DNA of 64,000 nt from Isurus oxyrinchus (lineage: Eukaryota): contig JANJGN010000042.1 of the NCBI GenBank assembly GCA_026770705.1, forward strand, positions 62,001 to 126,000, in the 5' to 3' direction. Shown piece after piece: positions 34,812 through 47,419 of this stretch (position 1 is its first letter; every line of letters begins with the position of its first letter). The position numbers were made by a program, and so were the translations under genes. Under the pieces are notes generated by a model that was not told the origin of the DNA, searched no databases, and was given only the letters and a program-made list of their open reading frames with translations.

Positions 34812-35771
34812 ATGTGTGAAGTTGTTTCGTATCCCAACATACATGGATGGTTTTGTTGCTTTCCACCTGATACCTCAGCTTGGTCGGAATTTTAAAGTGT
34901 GGAACGCAATCGGCCAACAAATGCCCCAAAGTTGCAATGCATTCCTCTCAATCATCAATAACATCATTCACATCTTCCCCTTCTTAGCTGCACCTCCTTC
35001 CAAATACTGTGTTCGATTTTCCTCAGGATTTTCTCCTGCACTTAATACTTACCTGCTTTGTGTCCTCATTTTGAAATTATTGGCATCAACATCCAACACA
35101 AATTGAATTGCAAACTGATGGACAAACAATGGAAAACAAATCACTCAGTAACTCAAATCCCATGGTACTCATTTTCAGATTCAGAACAGTCAGCTTTTCA
35201 ATAAATGAAGGAATTTTGCATTGAAAAGATTAGAAAGTTGACGTGACTTTTATTTGTAATTCACTCACTCGGGAATTCTGCAAATGCTGCTCAGAGGTTT
35301 AGTGACCAGGATATAATCTACCTGCCTTTTCCTGAGCCTGTGCTCGGTGTATTGGGGGGATTGGCCTGGGTTGGAGAAGCTTGTGTCCCAGGGATGGGCA
35401 GTAACCCACTGAATGAAGCTGCAGTCGCTGCTTTCTGCTGGCAGCGGGTGATTGGAGAGTGCGGGGCCGGAATATTGCTGCTTTGCTGCTTTTCCCTGTC
35501 TCATTCACTGTGGAAACGAGGAAGAGGGTTTGTTTGAATCCAATAACTTCAGAGATGCCCATTGTGTTGGATATCGGTACATGATATGCCTAATTGTTTT
35601 CCCATTACATTTTGAAAGGAATATTCGATAAAAAGCCGCTTAACTGGGAACTCACTGGATAACAGTGGAGCCGGCACCATTTCTGGAGTCTTGACATTCA
35701 GTTCAACGACCAAATGACAACCCGGAACTGTGTGATAATAAAGGGTTATGGTGTGAAGACAGCAACAGCTT

Positions 35772-35845
35772 CGTCCCTGGGTGGTCTCGAACCACCAACC
35801 TTTCGGTTAACAGTCGAACGCACTAACCGATTGCGCCACAGAGAC
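35772..35845 (-). tRNA. tRNA-Asn(GTT), near-intact (A31-C39 mismatch)
   Basis: GTCTCTGTGGCGCAATCGGTTAGTGCGTTCGACTGTTAACCGAAAGGTTGGTGGTTCGAGACCACCCAGGGACG. Confidence 0.85.
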
Positions 35846-36971
35846 CCACACCCAAGTAGTTTACCGTGTCAGCGAGTTAAAGCTTCAGATTGCAGCGAAC
35901 GGAATGACAAGTGCTCTCTATCAGTTTTACTCTTCCAAAATAAAGGTTGGGACATTCATTGTGGATATATGGAAACAGTCTGATCCTACCCACTGCAGAC
36001 ACATCCATTACTGGGAACTAGCTCTCCTACAAGCGGAGCCGTCTCCCGACGAGCCTTTCGGTGCCTTGACTGTTACCAAGTATTCTGATTGTCCTGAAGC
36101 CGATATTAGGTTTGAATTCCTGATGTGCAGTAACGAGAATCCTTTCAAAGTCTCAGATCAGTAAATTTCACTGATAACATCAGAGTCAATGTTCCAACGT
36201 ATTAAAGAAGGGAAAGGTGCCTTGACTGTCTCTGGTCTGTCGGACAGTTCACCCTTCATTCTCCCCTGATTCCGGTTCCCAGAGTTTTTCAAGATTCAGA
36301 AAGATGGCGACTAGGTTTTCTGGTTTGGTTCCTTCTCCATTTTCCCACCTGCCAACTGACAATATTTTCCAAAATCTCGTCTCAGTCCTCCGCCTTGCAT
36401 CATGTCCAGAGATGAGGAAATTAAGTTTTATGGACAGTTTATGGAGACCGGGATTGTCCTCTATGGAGCAAAGAAGGTTCAACGGAGATTTCACGGAGAT
36501 GTTCAAAATGACGGGGGTGGGGACAACAGGTTTGATGGAGCAGATAGTGAGGGGCTGTTTCCACTGACAGGGGTCACTAACCAGAGGACTGGGAGTTAAG
36601 ATAATTAAAGAAGGACCGACTTGCATTTTAATAGCGCTATTCCCGACCGGTGGATGTCTCAAAGCACTTTCCAGCCAATGAAGTACTTTTGAAATAAAAC
36701 CAGAAAATGTTGGAAAACTCAGCAGGTTTCTCTCTCCACAGATGCTCTCAGACCTGTTGAGTTTTTCCTGCATTTTCTGTTTCCCTTTCCGGATTTCTGC
36801 AATTTTGCTTTTATTTAAGTGGAGCCATTGATGTAATGCAGGGAACACGGCAGCCAATCACCGCTCAGGAAAGAGCTCAGGAAAACCAGGGACGTCACAA
36901 TGAACAGGCCATGTGCTATTGGTTGAAGGATAAACACTGACCAGGTCACGTGAAGCCCCAGATTTTGATAA

Positions 36972-37045
36972 TGGTTTTGCCCAGTTTTGAACCCGAGACC
37001 GTTTCACGTGTTGGACAAGCATGAAAATCGCTGCACCACAGAAAC
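36972..37045 (-). pseudogene. tRNA-Val(AAC) pseudogene
   Basis: gtttctgtggtgcagcg...ccaacacgtgaaacggtctcgggttcaaaactgggcaaaacc, with the same upstream flank as the other Val loci. Confidence 0.65.
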
Positions 37046-37770
37046 AGGAAACAACACAAAGGCCCAATGGGCTTCACTAAAATGTAAAGCGGTGACGTCA
37101 TGCAGCAGTACTTTGGGTCTTTGTTTTGAAGAAATGGAATTCGGCTGTTCTCATTAGGAATGCTGGAGACAGACTGATCAACAATGTCAACATCAAATGG
37201 CACAGCGCTGTAAAAGGTCCTTCGGACTATCATATCTCTGTCAGTTTTGTGCAAAGAGATTTCTAGTTAGTCTCAATTTCTTTGCCTCCTTCCATAACCT
37301 TTTTTTCTCCCTTTCAAGTCTTTGTCCAATTCCCTATAGAAAATTCCGAGTTACGAAAAACCATTTTGAAAGAGTTGCAGGAACTTGTGCAGTGTCCATG
37401 CTCAGTGTGTGAACATTAACAACGCTTCCCTGACCCAGTGACATGAAGAGTTGGCTTTTGACACTTCTAACAGTTTTCAAAATTTTAAAAATAGTTGGTG
37501 TCAAATCGAATTATTATCCTGACCAATCATCTCCTTATTTTTCTCAGTCAATATTTACAATTTCATTACCTTTTACCAACATTTCACGCACAGTCACACA
37601 GGAAAAAAGAAACATCATTTGAAACATAGAAAGAATGAAACATTGAAAAAGGAAGTTAGCAGTAGAGATGATTTCTGTATGTTACAAAGTGCAGGATGAT
37701 CTGATTAACTGGTGGAGCTGGTTCGAGTTTCCCAATAACCTATTCCTGCTCCTTTACTCTTTCGCTATTC

Positions 37771-37852
37771 CATTGGCAAAGCAGCAGTCTAAGGTGCTGG
37801 ATTAAGGCTCTGGTTTCTATGGAAAGCATGGGTTCGAATCTCATTGCTGTTA
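37771..37852 (+). pseudogene. tRNA-Leu(AAG) pseudogene
   Basis: agcagtctaaggtgctggattaaggctctggtttctatggaaagcatgggttcgaatctcattgctgtta. Confidence 0.75.
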
Positions 37853-38132
37853 AACGTTTAAGATATCTGCCTTTTAGGATCTGCAGCTGTCCAATTTGAA
37901 CCAACAAATGCCAACTCATCTTAAATCCAGTGTAGCGTGTGGTGTTTTACTTTGATAGCAGTAACGAGGAGAGACAATATAAATATGAGTTGCTGTAGTA
38001 AAAAGGCAGTGTGTGGAATTACAGTCGCTGAGCTGCTCAGGCACAGACGACATGTGAACGACATGCTGACTGACCGTCTGATATAGCCGCCTATGATTTT
38101 ATACAAATGTCATTCATGCAAATCTGGGGCTT

Positions 38133-38214
38133 GGATTCGTGACTGATTGTTTAAGGCATCGGGTTTTGAATGCATTGGGATCTCCACAGGTCGGCTGGAA
38201 TCTTGTCAATTACG
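38133..38214 (+). pseudogene. tRNA-Ser pseudogene (heavily decayed)
   Basis: ttcgtgactgattgtttaaggc...cattgggatctcc...gaatcttgtcaattacg, followed by the Ser downstream flank module. Confidence 0.55.
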
Positions 38215-38933
38215 CTTCTTATCAATCCTGAATTTTACAGTGTACCTGCACAATTAATTGTTTGTAGAAGTTGAATAAAAAACATCTGAAACCTTTAGCG
38301 TTCTCTAATGTCTATTCGCCTGCAAGCATTCACAAAATTTGCAGCGAGAATTGGAACAAAAACAGAACCAGTTTGGTGTCAGGCTTCATTTCTGGGTGTT
38401 TGTCTCTCCTTAGAGAAAGTCCCTTGCCCTCTGTTACTCTCGGTGTATATGTCTGTGTGTGTCCCTCTGAGTGTGTCAATGTGGTTCAGTTCCCCGCAGG
38501 GATTAACATATGCTTACCATCACAAAGTTTATTCACATTAGTTTCAAATTTCACAGAGAAAAATATTAGGATGGAAGTTGTGGGGGAGCAGTTTGCAATG
38601 TTTGGAAGGAGGTGCAGCTAAAAAGTGGAAGATTCAGGGAGAAGCTTTCTTCTCACTTCTCACGGATTTGGAACCAGATCTGGGAGGTATTTGTGTCGGT
38701 GTAAACAATAAAGCCTTCCTTATTGCCGCTATATTTTGCCTTGCACAAACATCTCTCTGGTTAGTGTTTTGCAAACTATCACAGACCTTCTCACATTCCC
38801 TATCTTCACCTCTATATTTGTTCTCGACCTGTTGCACGGGTGACATTTCCAGCTGTGAAGCAGAACTCCAGCTCTCACTCCACTGATAAGTCAGACTCAT
38901 TTTAACAGTTTGCACGAAGTCAATAAGTCTCAA

Positions 38934-39005
38934 TTCCCGGACCAGGAATCAAACCTGAAACACAGCAGTGAAAGTGCTGAATCCTGAACACTAGGCCAAC
39001 AAGAA
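38934..39005 (-). pseudogene. tRNA-Glu(TTC) pseudogene
   Basis: ttcttgttggcctagtgttcaggattcagcactttcactgctgtgtttcaggtttgattcctggtccgggaa, showing CpG decay. Confidence 0.75.
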
Positions 39006-39094
39006 AGCTGCTCACAAGCCTCACAATCCGGCTTATCTATGCTACCTGTGCCTTTTATTTTTGTTTCAGACCTCTTTCACCAGAGACACGTTTC

Positions 39095-40160
39095 ATAAGA
39101 ACATAAGGACATTAGAAATAGGAGCAGGAGTCGGCCATTCGGCCCCTCTAGCCTACCCCACTATTGAATAGGATCATGGTTCCTCTGCCCCAGGCCTCAA
39201 CTCATCTTTCTTGCCAGCTCCTCATAGCCCTCAATCCCCGATATTTCAAAAATCTATCTACTCTCCTTTAAATACTCTCAGTGAGCTACCCTCCACACCG
39301 CTCTTGGGTAGAGAATTCCAAACAGGCCCTACCCTCTGGGAGAAGAAATTCCTTTGCACCTCAGGTTTAAATGAGTGCCCTCCGATTCAGTAACTATGTC
39401 CCCTCGCTGGAGGTACCCCCATTATTGGAAACATCTTTTCTGTCTACCCTGTCAACCTCCTCAGAATCTTGCACGTTTTAATAAGATCAACCCTCAGTAT
39501 TCTAAAATCTAATGAATAAAGTCTTCACTTGCTTCACAGTTCTTGATTAGTCAACTCCTTCATCCCAGGAATCAGCCTAGTGCATCTCTTTTGAACTGCC
39601 CAGAATGCCAGTGTATTCTTCCTTAAATATGGGGACCAAAACTGTACAGAGAACTCCAGGTGCGCCCTCACCAACACCCTTTACTGATGTAACAAGACTT
39701 CCCGATTTTTAAACTCCAAGCACGAGCAAAACAGGCCAAAATTCCCTTTGCCTTTTTAATGACTTGCCGCACCTGAATGCCAAGTTTTTGTGTTGCATGC
39801 ATAGGAACACCCAGATCCCTCTGTGCTGCACTTTTTTTGGAGTCTCCCTTCATTTAAATAATATTCTGCCTTTTGATTCTTCCTACCAATGTGTATGATC
39901 TCAAACTTTCCTACATTAAACTCCATCTGCCAACTGTTGCTCACTGACTCAACTTATCTATATCTCCTTAAAGATTCTTCAAGTCCTCATCACAACCTGA
40001 CCTCCCACCTATTTTTATATCGTCAGAAAATTTGGATACATTACACTCTGTCCTCTCCTCCATGTCATTAGCATAGATAGTAAATAATTGAGTCCCTGAG
40101 ACTGATCCTTGTGGCATTCCACCAGTTACGTCTTTCCAATCTGAATAATCCAGACTGTCT
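39095..40160 (-). mobile_element. CR1-type LINE 3' fragment
   Basis: - strand reads degenerate WQMEFNVGK...IHIGRKN, QRDLGV, KKAKGILA (RT C-terminus), plus a typical tail. Confidence 0.85.
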
Positions 40161-40733
40161 GTCTTCTGTGTGTTAAATTGGGCTCTTCACATTGCAGGGT
40201 TTGTGTAGGGTAATAGGGATCACGGTCTCTCACACACTGAAAGTTTCCCCGTCACATTGCAAAGTTTGTGTAGGGCAATAGGGATCATGGTCTCTCACAC
40301 ACGGAATGTTTCCCCTTTCAAAATGGGGTAGAAGCATTAACAGAATTGAGTATGAGGAAAGGTTGCATCGTTCCTTTTTGTTGCTAAATAGTAACTGGAT
40401 ACATCATCTCAAAACCATATGACATTTATACTTCTCCAGGTTTTAAATAATATTCTGAAAAGTGCATGGATCGGAAAAAAGAGAAAGATGGGGCCGGATT
40501 TGCTGTAAAGCCGTTTGTGCATGTGTGAGGTGTTAAATGAGCTGCTGATGTTCTGTGTCATCTGATGATTCTAATGTTAGATCAATTTCTCTGCCGTATG
40601 ACTCAGTTTCTCAGCTGAATTGTACTTCCACAAAACAAGGTTCGGAACTGCAATAACACTGCACAGTTTAATATTCTAGGTCGTTCTGCAAGGAGCTGTG
40701 TGTAGTTTTTGTAGTCCAACGGTTATCACATAT

Positions 40734-43113
40734 ACAGAATTACCTGGAAAAACTCAGCAGGTCTGGCAGCATCGGCGGAGAAGAAAAGAGTTGACGTTTC
40801 GAGTCCTCATGACCCTTCGATAGAACTTGATTTCGAGTCCAAGAAAGAGTTGAAATATAAACTGGTTTAAGGTGTGTGTGTGGGGGGGGGGCGGAGAGAG
40901 AGAGAGAGACAGAGGTGCTTGTGTAGACAAACAAGCAGTGATAGAAGCAGATCATCAAAAGATGTCAGTGACAATGGTACAAAAGAACACATAGGTGTTA
41001 AAATTAAAGTTGGTGATATTATCTAAACGAATGTGCTAATTAAGAATGGATGGTAGGGCACTCAAGGTACAGCTCTAGTGGGAGTGGGGGGAGCATAAAA
41101 GATTTTAAAATATTTAAAAATAATGGAAATAGGTGGGAAAAGAAAAATCTATAAAATTTATAGGGAAAAAAAAGGGGAAAAAAGGGGGGGGAAACAGAAA
41201 GGGGGTGGGGATGGGGGGAGGGAGCTCACGACCTAAAGTTATTGAATTCAGTATTCAGACCGGAAGGCTGTAAGGTGCCTAGTCAGAAGATGAGGTGTTG
41301 TTCCTCCAGTTTGCGTTGGGCTTCACTGGAACAATGCAGTAAGCCAAGGACAGACATGTGGGCAAGACAGCAGGGTGGAGTGTTAAAATGGCAAGCGACA
41401 GGGAGGTTTGGGTCATTCTTGCGGACAGACCGCAGGTGTTCTGCAAAGCGGTCGCCCAGTTTACGTTTGGTCTCTCCAATGTAGAGGAGACCACATTGGG
41501 AGCAACGAATGCAGTAGACTAAGTTGGGGGAAATGCAAGTGAAATGCTGCTTCACTTGAAAGGAGTGTTTGGGCCCTTGGACGGTGAGGAGAGAGGAAGT
41601 GAAGGGGCAGGTGTTACATCTTTTGCGTGGGCATGGGGTGGTGCCATAGGAGGGGGTTGAGGAGTAGGGGGTGATGGAGGAGTGGACCAGGGTGTCCCGG
41701 AGGGAGCGATCCCTACGGAATGCCGATAAGGGGGGTGAAGGAAAGATGTGTTTGGTGGTGGCATCATGCTGGAGTTGGTGGAAATGGCGGAGGATGATCC
41801 TTTGAATGCGGAGGCTGGTGGGGTGATAAGTGAGGACAAGGGGGACCCTATCATGTTTCTGGGAGGGAGGTCGTTGACAGGGCCCTCAACCGTGTCCGGC
41901 CCATCTCCCGCGCATCCGCCCTCACGCCTTCTCCTCCCTCCCAGAAACATGATAGGGTCCCCCTTGTCCTCACTTATCACCCCACCAGCCTCCGCATTCA
42001 AAGGATCATCCTCCGCCATTTCCGCCAACTCCAGCATGATGCCACCACCAAACACATCTTTCCTTCACCCCCCTTATCGGCATTCTGTAGGGATCGATCC
42101 CTCCGGGACACCCTGGTCCACTCCTCCATCACCCCCTACTCCTCAACCCCCTCCTATGGCACCACCCCATGCCCACGCAAAAGATGTAACACCTGCCCCT
42201 TCACTTCCTCTCTCCTCACCGTCCAAGGGCCCAAACACTCCTTTCAAGTGAAGCAGCATTTCACTTGCATTTCCCCCAACTTAGTCTACTGCATTCGTTG
42301 CTCCCAATGTGGTCTCCTCTACATTGGAGAGACCAAACGTAAACTGGGCGACCGCTTTGCAGAACACCTGTGGTCTGTCCGCAAGAATGACCCAAACCTC
42401 CCTGTCGCTTGCCATTTTAACACTCCACCCTGCTCTCTTGCCCACATGTCTGTCCTTGGCTTGCTGCATTGTTCCAGTGAAGCCCAACGCAAACTGGAGG
42501 AACAACACCTCATCTTCCGACTAGGCACCTTACAGCCTTCCGGTCTGAATATTGAATTCAATAACTTTAGGTCGTGAGCTCCCTCCCCCATCCCCACCCC
42601 CTTTCTGTTTCCCCCCCTTTTTTCCCCTTTTTTTTCCCTATAAATTTTATAGATTTTTCTTTTCCCACCTATTTCCATTATTTTTAAATATTTTAAAATC
42701 TTTTATGCTCCCCCCACTCCCACTAGAGCTGTACCTTGAGTGCCCTACCATCCATTCTTAATTAGCACATTCGTTTAGATAATGTCACCAACTTTAACTT
42801 TAACACCTATGTGTTCTTTTGTACCATTGTCACTGACATCTTTTGATGATCTGCTTCTATCACTGCTTGTTTGTCCACACAACCACCTCTCTCTCTCTCC
42901 CTATCTCTCCGCCCCCCACACACACACCTTAAACCAGCTTATATTTCAACTCTTTCTTGGACTCGAAATCAAGTTCTGTCGAAGGGTCATGAGGACTCGA
43001 AACATCAACTCTTTTCTTCTCCGCCGATGCTGCCAGACCTGCTGAGTTTTTCCAGGTAATTCTGTTTTTGTTTTGGATTTCCAGCATCCGCAGTTTTCTT
43101 TGTTTTTATCTCT
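40734..43113. mobile_element. Palindromic Penelope-like retroelement insertion (two 5'-truncated copies joined head to head)
   Basis: Arms 40734-41870 and 41933-43065 are near-perfect reverse complements. Frame 41873-42577 is open and encodes a Cys-rich linker (CPRKRCNTC) plus GIY-YIG endonuclease (NLVYCIRCSQCGLLYIGETKR...R..EH). 13-bp direct repeat GGTTATCACATAT at 40721-40733 and 43114-43126. Confidence 0.95.
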
Positions 43114-43272
43114 GGTTATCACATATGCTATACATCGGGAAGATTCTCTGGTTCAAAACTCACTGCAGAGCAGTAGAACTGGAATTATTTGTGGAAAAAT
43201 TTCTTGCTGCCGTTGACAACCCAAATCTTTGCGACAATGAATGTTGATGGAAGGAAAAAACATTGGAAGCTT

Positions 43273-43335
43273 CGTCCCTGAGAACCACCAAACCTTCAGT
43301 TAGTCGAACACGCTGATCAGTAGTGCTGTAGGGAC
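43273..43335 (-). pseudogene. tRNA-Asn pseudogene with deletions
   Basis: + strand cgtccctgagaaccaccaaaccttcagttagtcgaacacgct matches 35772-35825. Confidence 0.6.
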
Positions 43336-43600
43336 TGATGGAACTTTTGGCATTCTTTGCACAAGTGCAGCTGAGTCTCTTTGAACATCAGCACAGCTTT
43401 CTCACCTTTTCAAACGTGTTCTGCTTTGTTTCATTTGAAAAATTACTACGACTGACTGACTTACTTCAGTCTTTGTTACATTTTTCTCTGTCTTACATCT
43501 TGTTGTCCAATCACTTCTTGTATATTATAAAAACAGAAATTCCTGTACAACTCAACAGTTTTGAGCTTTCTCACAGACTTGGTGGTGAGGGAAACACTGC

Positions 43601-44810
43601 TCACGTTTCGAGTCCGTATGACTCTTCTTCAGGGATGAAGGGAAGTAGAAAGTGGTGGAATTTATACTGTGTAAGTGAGGTGGGGAGGGGGCGGGGCGAG
43701 ACGGGTAGAGCACGTGATTCTGGATAGAAGGTCAGCGATACGTGGGGGTGAAGGAGGGACTGACAAAGATGCGCTGGACACAAGACAAAGGAAATGTTAA
43801 TGGTAGTGGTAAGGGCTGAAGAAGGTGCTGATAGTGACATAAAGGTAAGAAAGCAGGATGTGTGAATAGCAGAACAAGGGTCAGCGCTCTGTGAAAAAAC
43901 AACATGGAACTAGTAACAGATGGCCCGTTTGGGGGTGGAATATGGGTGGGGGAGATAGTTTGGGAAAAACGATAGAAAAGGGGATAATAAAAGGGGTGAA
44001 ATAATGAATAAATGAATGAAAAATATGTTACTAAAATACTTTTTTATAAAGAGATTTTGAAAAGGGTGAAAATGGAGGAGAGAGTTCATGATCTGAAGCT
44101 ATTGAGCTCAATGTTAAGTGCAGAAGGCTGTAAAGTGCCTAATCGGAAGATGAGGTGTTGTTCCTCCATCTTGCATTGAGCTTCACTGGAACAATGCAGC
44201 AAGCCAATGATAGACATATGGGCATGAGAGCTGGGTGGAGTTTTGAAATGGCAAATGACAGGGAGGTCTGGGTCATGCTTGCTGACAGACTGAAGATGTT
44301 ACACAAAGTGGTCACCCAGTCTGCGTTTGGTCTCTCCAATGTAGGGGAGACCGCATTGGGAGCAGTGAATGCAATGGATCAAATTGGTGGTTCAAATGAA
44401 TCGCTGCTTCACCTGAAAGGAGTGTTTGGGCCCTTGAAAGGTGAGGAGAGAGGCCACTAAAGGGCCATCTTTCATTGCTCTATGTTGTTCTTTCACAGAG
44501 TGCTGATCCTTGTTCTGCTTTTCATACATTCTGCTTCCATACCTTTTTGCAACTATCAGCACCATTTTTAGCCCTTACCGCTACCATTAGCACTCCCTTT
44601 GTGTTTTGCCCATAATATCTTTGTCAATTCCTCCTGACTTCCCCACCTGCTCCACCCCACCCGCTCGTAAACAGTATAAAAACAGTGAACAATTCTGCTT
44701 CTCTTTAGCTCTGAAGAAGATCACACGGACTCGACTCGTTGACTCTGTTTCTCTCTCCACAGTTGCTGTCAGATGCTGATTTTGTACTTCAGATTTCCAG
44801 CATCCACAGT
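43601..44810 (-). mobile_element. Older Penelope-like copy with an inverted partial terminal repeat
   Basis: Degenerate GIY-YIG at 44085-44450 on -. 44461-44650 is the reverse complement of about 43750-43926. Hammerhead-like cores at both ends. Confidence 0.85.
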
Positions 44811-44928
44811 ACTTTAACTTAAAAGCCAAAATGCTTCACCACAGTACTTTGCTTTTTCTTCTTATATATTGTTCTGCGGTTTTTCAGCTTTCCACATAAC
44901 TTCTTATTCTCAGCTAAAGGTTAATGAT

Positions 44929-45001
44929 GGGCTCTAGTGAAGGTTAAACTCACAAACCCTGGTTTACAAGGGCAGTGATCCAAACACTGAGCTATGGAGT
45001 C
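44929..45001 (-). pseudogene. tRNA-Thr(TGT) pseudogene
   Basis: gactccatagctcagtgtttggatcactgcccttgtaaaccagggtttgtgagtttaaccttcactagagccc. Confidence 0.7.
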
Positions 45002-45260
45002 ACTAGCTAACAGGACTGCACGGGAAAGTCGACCATATTCAATAGACTGAGGTAGATGTTAAGTCCCAGACATTTGATAGACGTGGAAATGTCTGTGACG
45101 GAGAACAGGAAGTTAAAAGATGCGACATGAAAGCAGCAGAATTTGATATGTGTCAGTTACTTTCAGAGATGAATTTCTGACGTGTGTCACCTTGTCAGTT
45201 TCACAGGAGCTGCAGGGATGAAGTTGGCGGCACCTGGTTAAAATGAGGAATAATGGGAAC

Positions 45261-45342
45261 TGTAGTCAGCAGGATTCAATCCCACAGAGGGAGACACCAA
45301 TGGATTTCAAATCCATCACCTTAAACATTCAGCTCGACTAAC
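45261..45342 (-). pseudogene. tRNA-Ser(TGA) pseudogene
   Basis: tagtcgagctgaatgtttaaggtgatggatttgaaatccattggtgtctccc...gaatcctgctgactaca. Confidence 0.75.
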
Positions 45343-46007
45343 AGCTGCTCGCGAGCTCCAATGTGTTCTTATCAAATCAGAGATGGCTGCAAAATAAGTC
45401 AATCGGCCCATCGTGTCTGTGCTGGCTCTCTGGAAGAGCAGCTCTACCGATTCCACACACCCACACTTTACCCCCACAACAATTTATATTTGTATTGCCT
45501 CTCCGTGCTTTTCCAAACAAAATAAAGGACCACAACCCGTCCTGTATTAAACTAGAGTCCCCTCTTGTTCTCCGAAAGGGAATTCCTAAAGTGCCCAAAA
45601 GTGGGAATGTGACTCAAACTGCGGCAGCGCTGGAATTAGGATCAACTCCTCGAGGGACTGGAAGGAACCCAAGTCCAAATCTCCAAGTCACTGGGTCAGG
45701 GAAACTGCATGGATTCTGCAGAAACTCCTTCTTCAAAAGTGAATTAGACAGTTACTTGAAATAGAGAAATTGAGGCTTATGGAAAGAGAGAACAATATTG
45801 GGACTAATTGATGGCTCTTTAAAGAATAAGCTGCCATGATCTAATGACTCTCCGACACGCTGTGCCATTTGATGATGACATTGTTGATCAGTCTGTCTCC
45901 AGCATTCCTGATGAGAACAGCAGAATTCCATTTCTTCAAAACATGGACCCAAAGTGCTGCTGCAGAACTGCATTGTAGTCAGGTGCACTTGACTCATGGT
46001 GTGTGAA

Positions 46008-46080
46008 GTTTCTGTAGTGTAGTGGTTATCACATTCACCTTACACACGAAAGGTCCCCGGTTTAAAACCGGGCAGAAACA
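46008..46080 (+). pseudogene. tRNA-Val(TAC) on an AAC/CAC-type body, probable pseudogene
   Basis: gtttctgtagtgtagtggttatcacattcaccttacacacgaaaggtccccggtttaaaaccgggcagaaaca. Two anticodon-stem mismatches and a B box changed from TTCG to TTTA. Confidence 0.85.
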
Positions 46081-47419
46081 TTATTGAAACTTGTTCAATT
46101 ATGGGAGAGGGAAAGTTGCTTCGCTCCTGCTTGTTGTTGAATATTAGCTGAATGCAGAATCTCACATCTGTATTGCACTTACTCTTCGTTTTTTCACTCA
46201 GCATAGTGAGGATATCCTTCAACTGGCAGCGAGTGAGTGGAGAATATTCAATAAAAACATATCTCTTGGAACTCGCCTGGTAACAGGAGAGTTGGCGATT
46301 TCTGCCCTTTTTTGTGACTTAAGGACCCAATGACAACGCGGGACTGTGAGACAATGAATGCTGCTCCAGCTAACAGCAATCGCTGTTGTCATTGGCTGAA
46401 GAAGTCGTCTGTGTTCTACATAAACGCGTCATTTTGTGGGAGAAAAGTGCCTCTGGTGAAAGATGTGAAATGAAAATAAAATGCACAAGTCGCATGGATA
46501 AGCCGGGCTGTGAAGTTGCAAGCCTGGGAGTCCAGTCGTTAGGATTCGGTGCTTATAAATGTCATGCGAATGTGCATGATAATAAATGTGCATTACTTCC
46601 TGACTGAAAACTGAAAACACTTATCAGCTCCGCCTGAATCAGTGGAGTGAGAGCTGGAGTTTTGCATCAGAGCCGGAAATGTCACCCGTGTAACAGGTCG
46701 CGAACAAATACAGAGGTGAAGGTAGGACATGAGAGAAGTGCTGTGATAGGCTGAAAAGCAGTGACCATAGAGATGGGGGTGCATGGGAAAAAGTAGAAGT
46801 GTTAGGGGAGATTTTATTGTTTGCACTGACACGAATATTTCCCAGATCTGTTTCCAAATCTCGTGCTAAATGAGAAGGAAATTTCCCACTGAATTTACTC
46901 AGTCCCATGATCTTAAAGGAGCTGAACACAAGGGAAGAAGGTGTATTTTACTGGAATGTGTTGTAAGATGATGGAATGACTGTGAAGGCAGCAGCAGTGG
47001 AGATGGAAATGAAACAATTATAGAAAGTTACAGCACAGAAAGAGGCCATTCGGCCCGGCGTGCTGCTTTGAAAAAGCAGTTGTGATTGGTTGATCAGTGA
47101 TATTCGTCCCAGTTTGAACAGCAGGAAGAAAAATCTGTCCCATTCCCACCCACATTTTGCACCATCATCCCTTTAGTCAGTTTCTCTCTCATGCCTTGTA
47201 ACTTATCACAGTCCTTCCCTTTTGTCCTTTCACTCCCCTCCTTCCGCCTCTGGATTTGTTTTCCAACTGTTACATCTCTGACTTTTCCAGCTCTGATGAA
47301 GGTTCATCCAGCTGGAAGATTAAATCTTTCTCACTCCACAGACGCTACCAGATCTAATTTCATTCAATAAGGAATTCCTGTTCATTGTGACAGTTCACAC
47401 AACGGAAAGGAAAAGGATT

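Larger units (their letters stand above)
26590..36230. repeat. Large inverted duplication: arm 26590-29830 versus arm 33290-36230
   Basis: Mirror order Asn+ Lys+ Glu- ... Glu+ Lys- Asn-, with reverse-complement matching flanks throughout (e.g. 28950-29350 vs 34180-34570; 28020-28560 vs 34990-35510). Confidence 0.9.

Noticed and set aside
41552-42251. Twin 167-aa ORFs on opposite strands
   Set aside because: Consequence of the palindrome; they are off-frame or antisense readings of the Penelope ORF.
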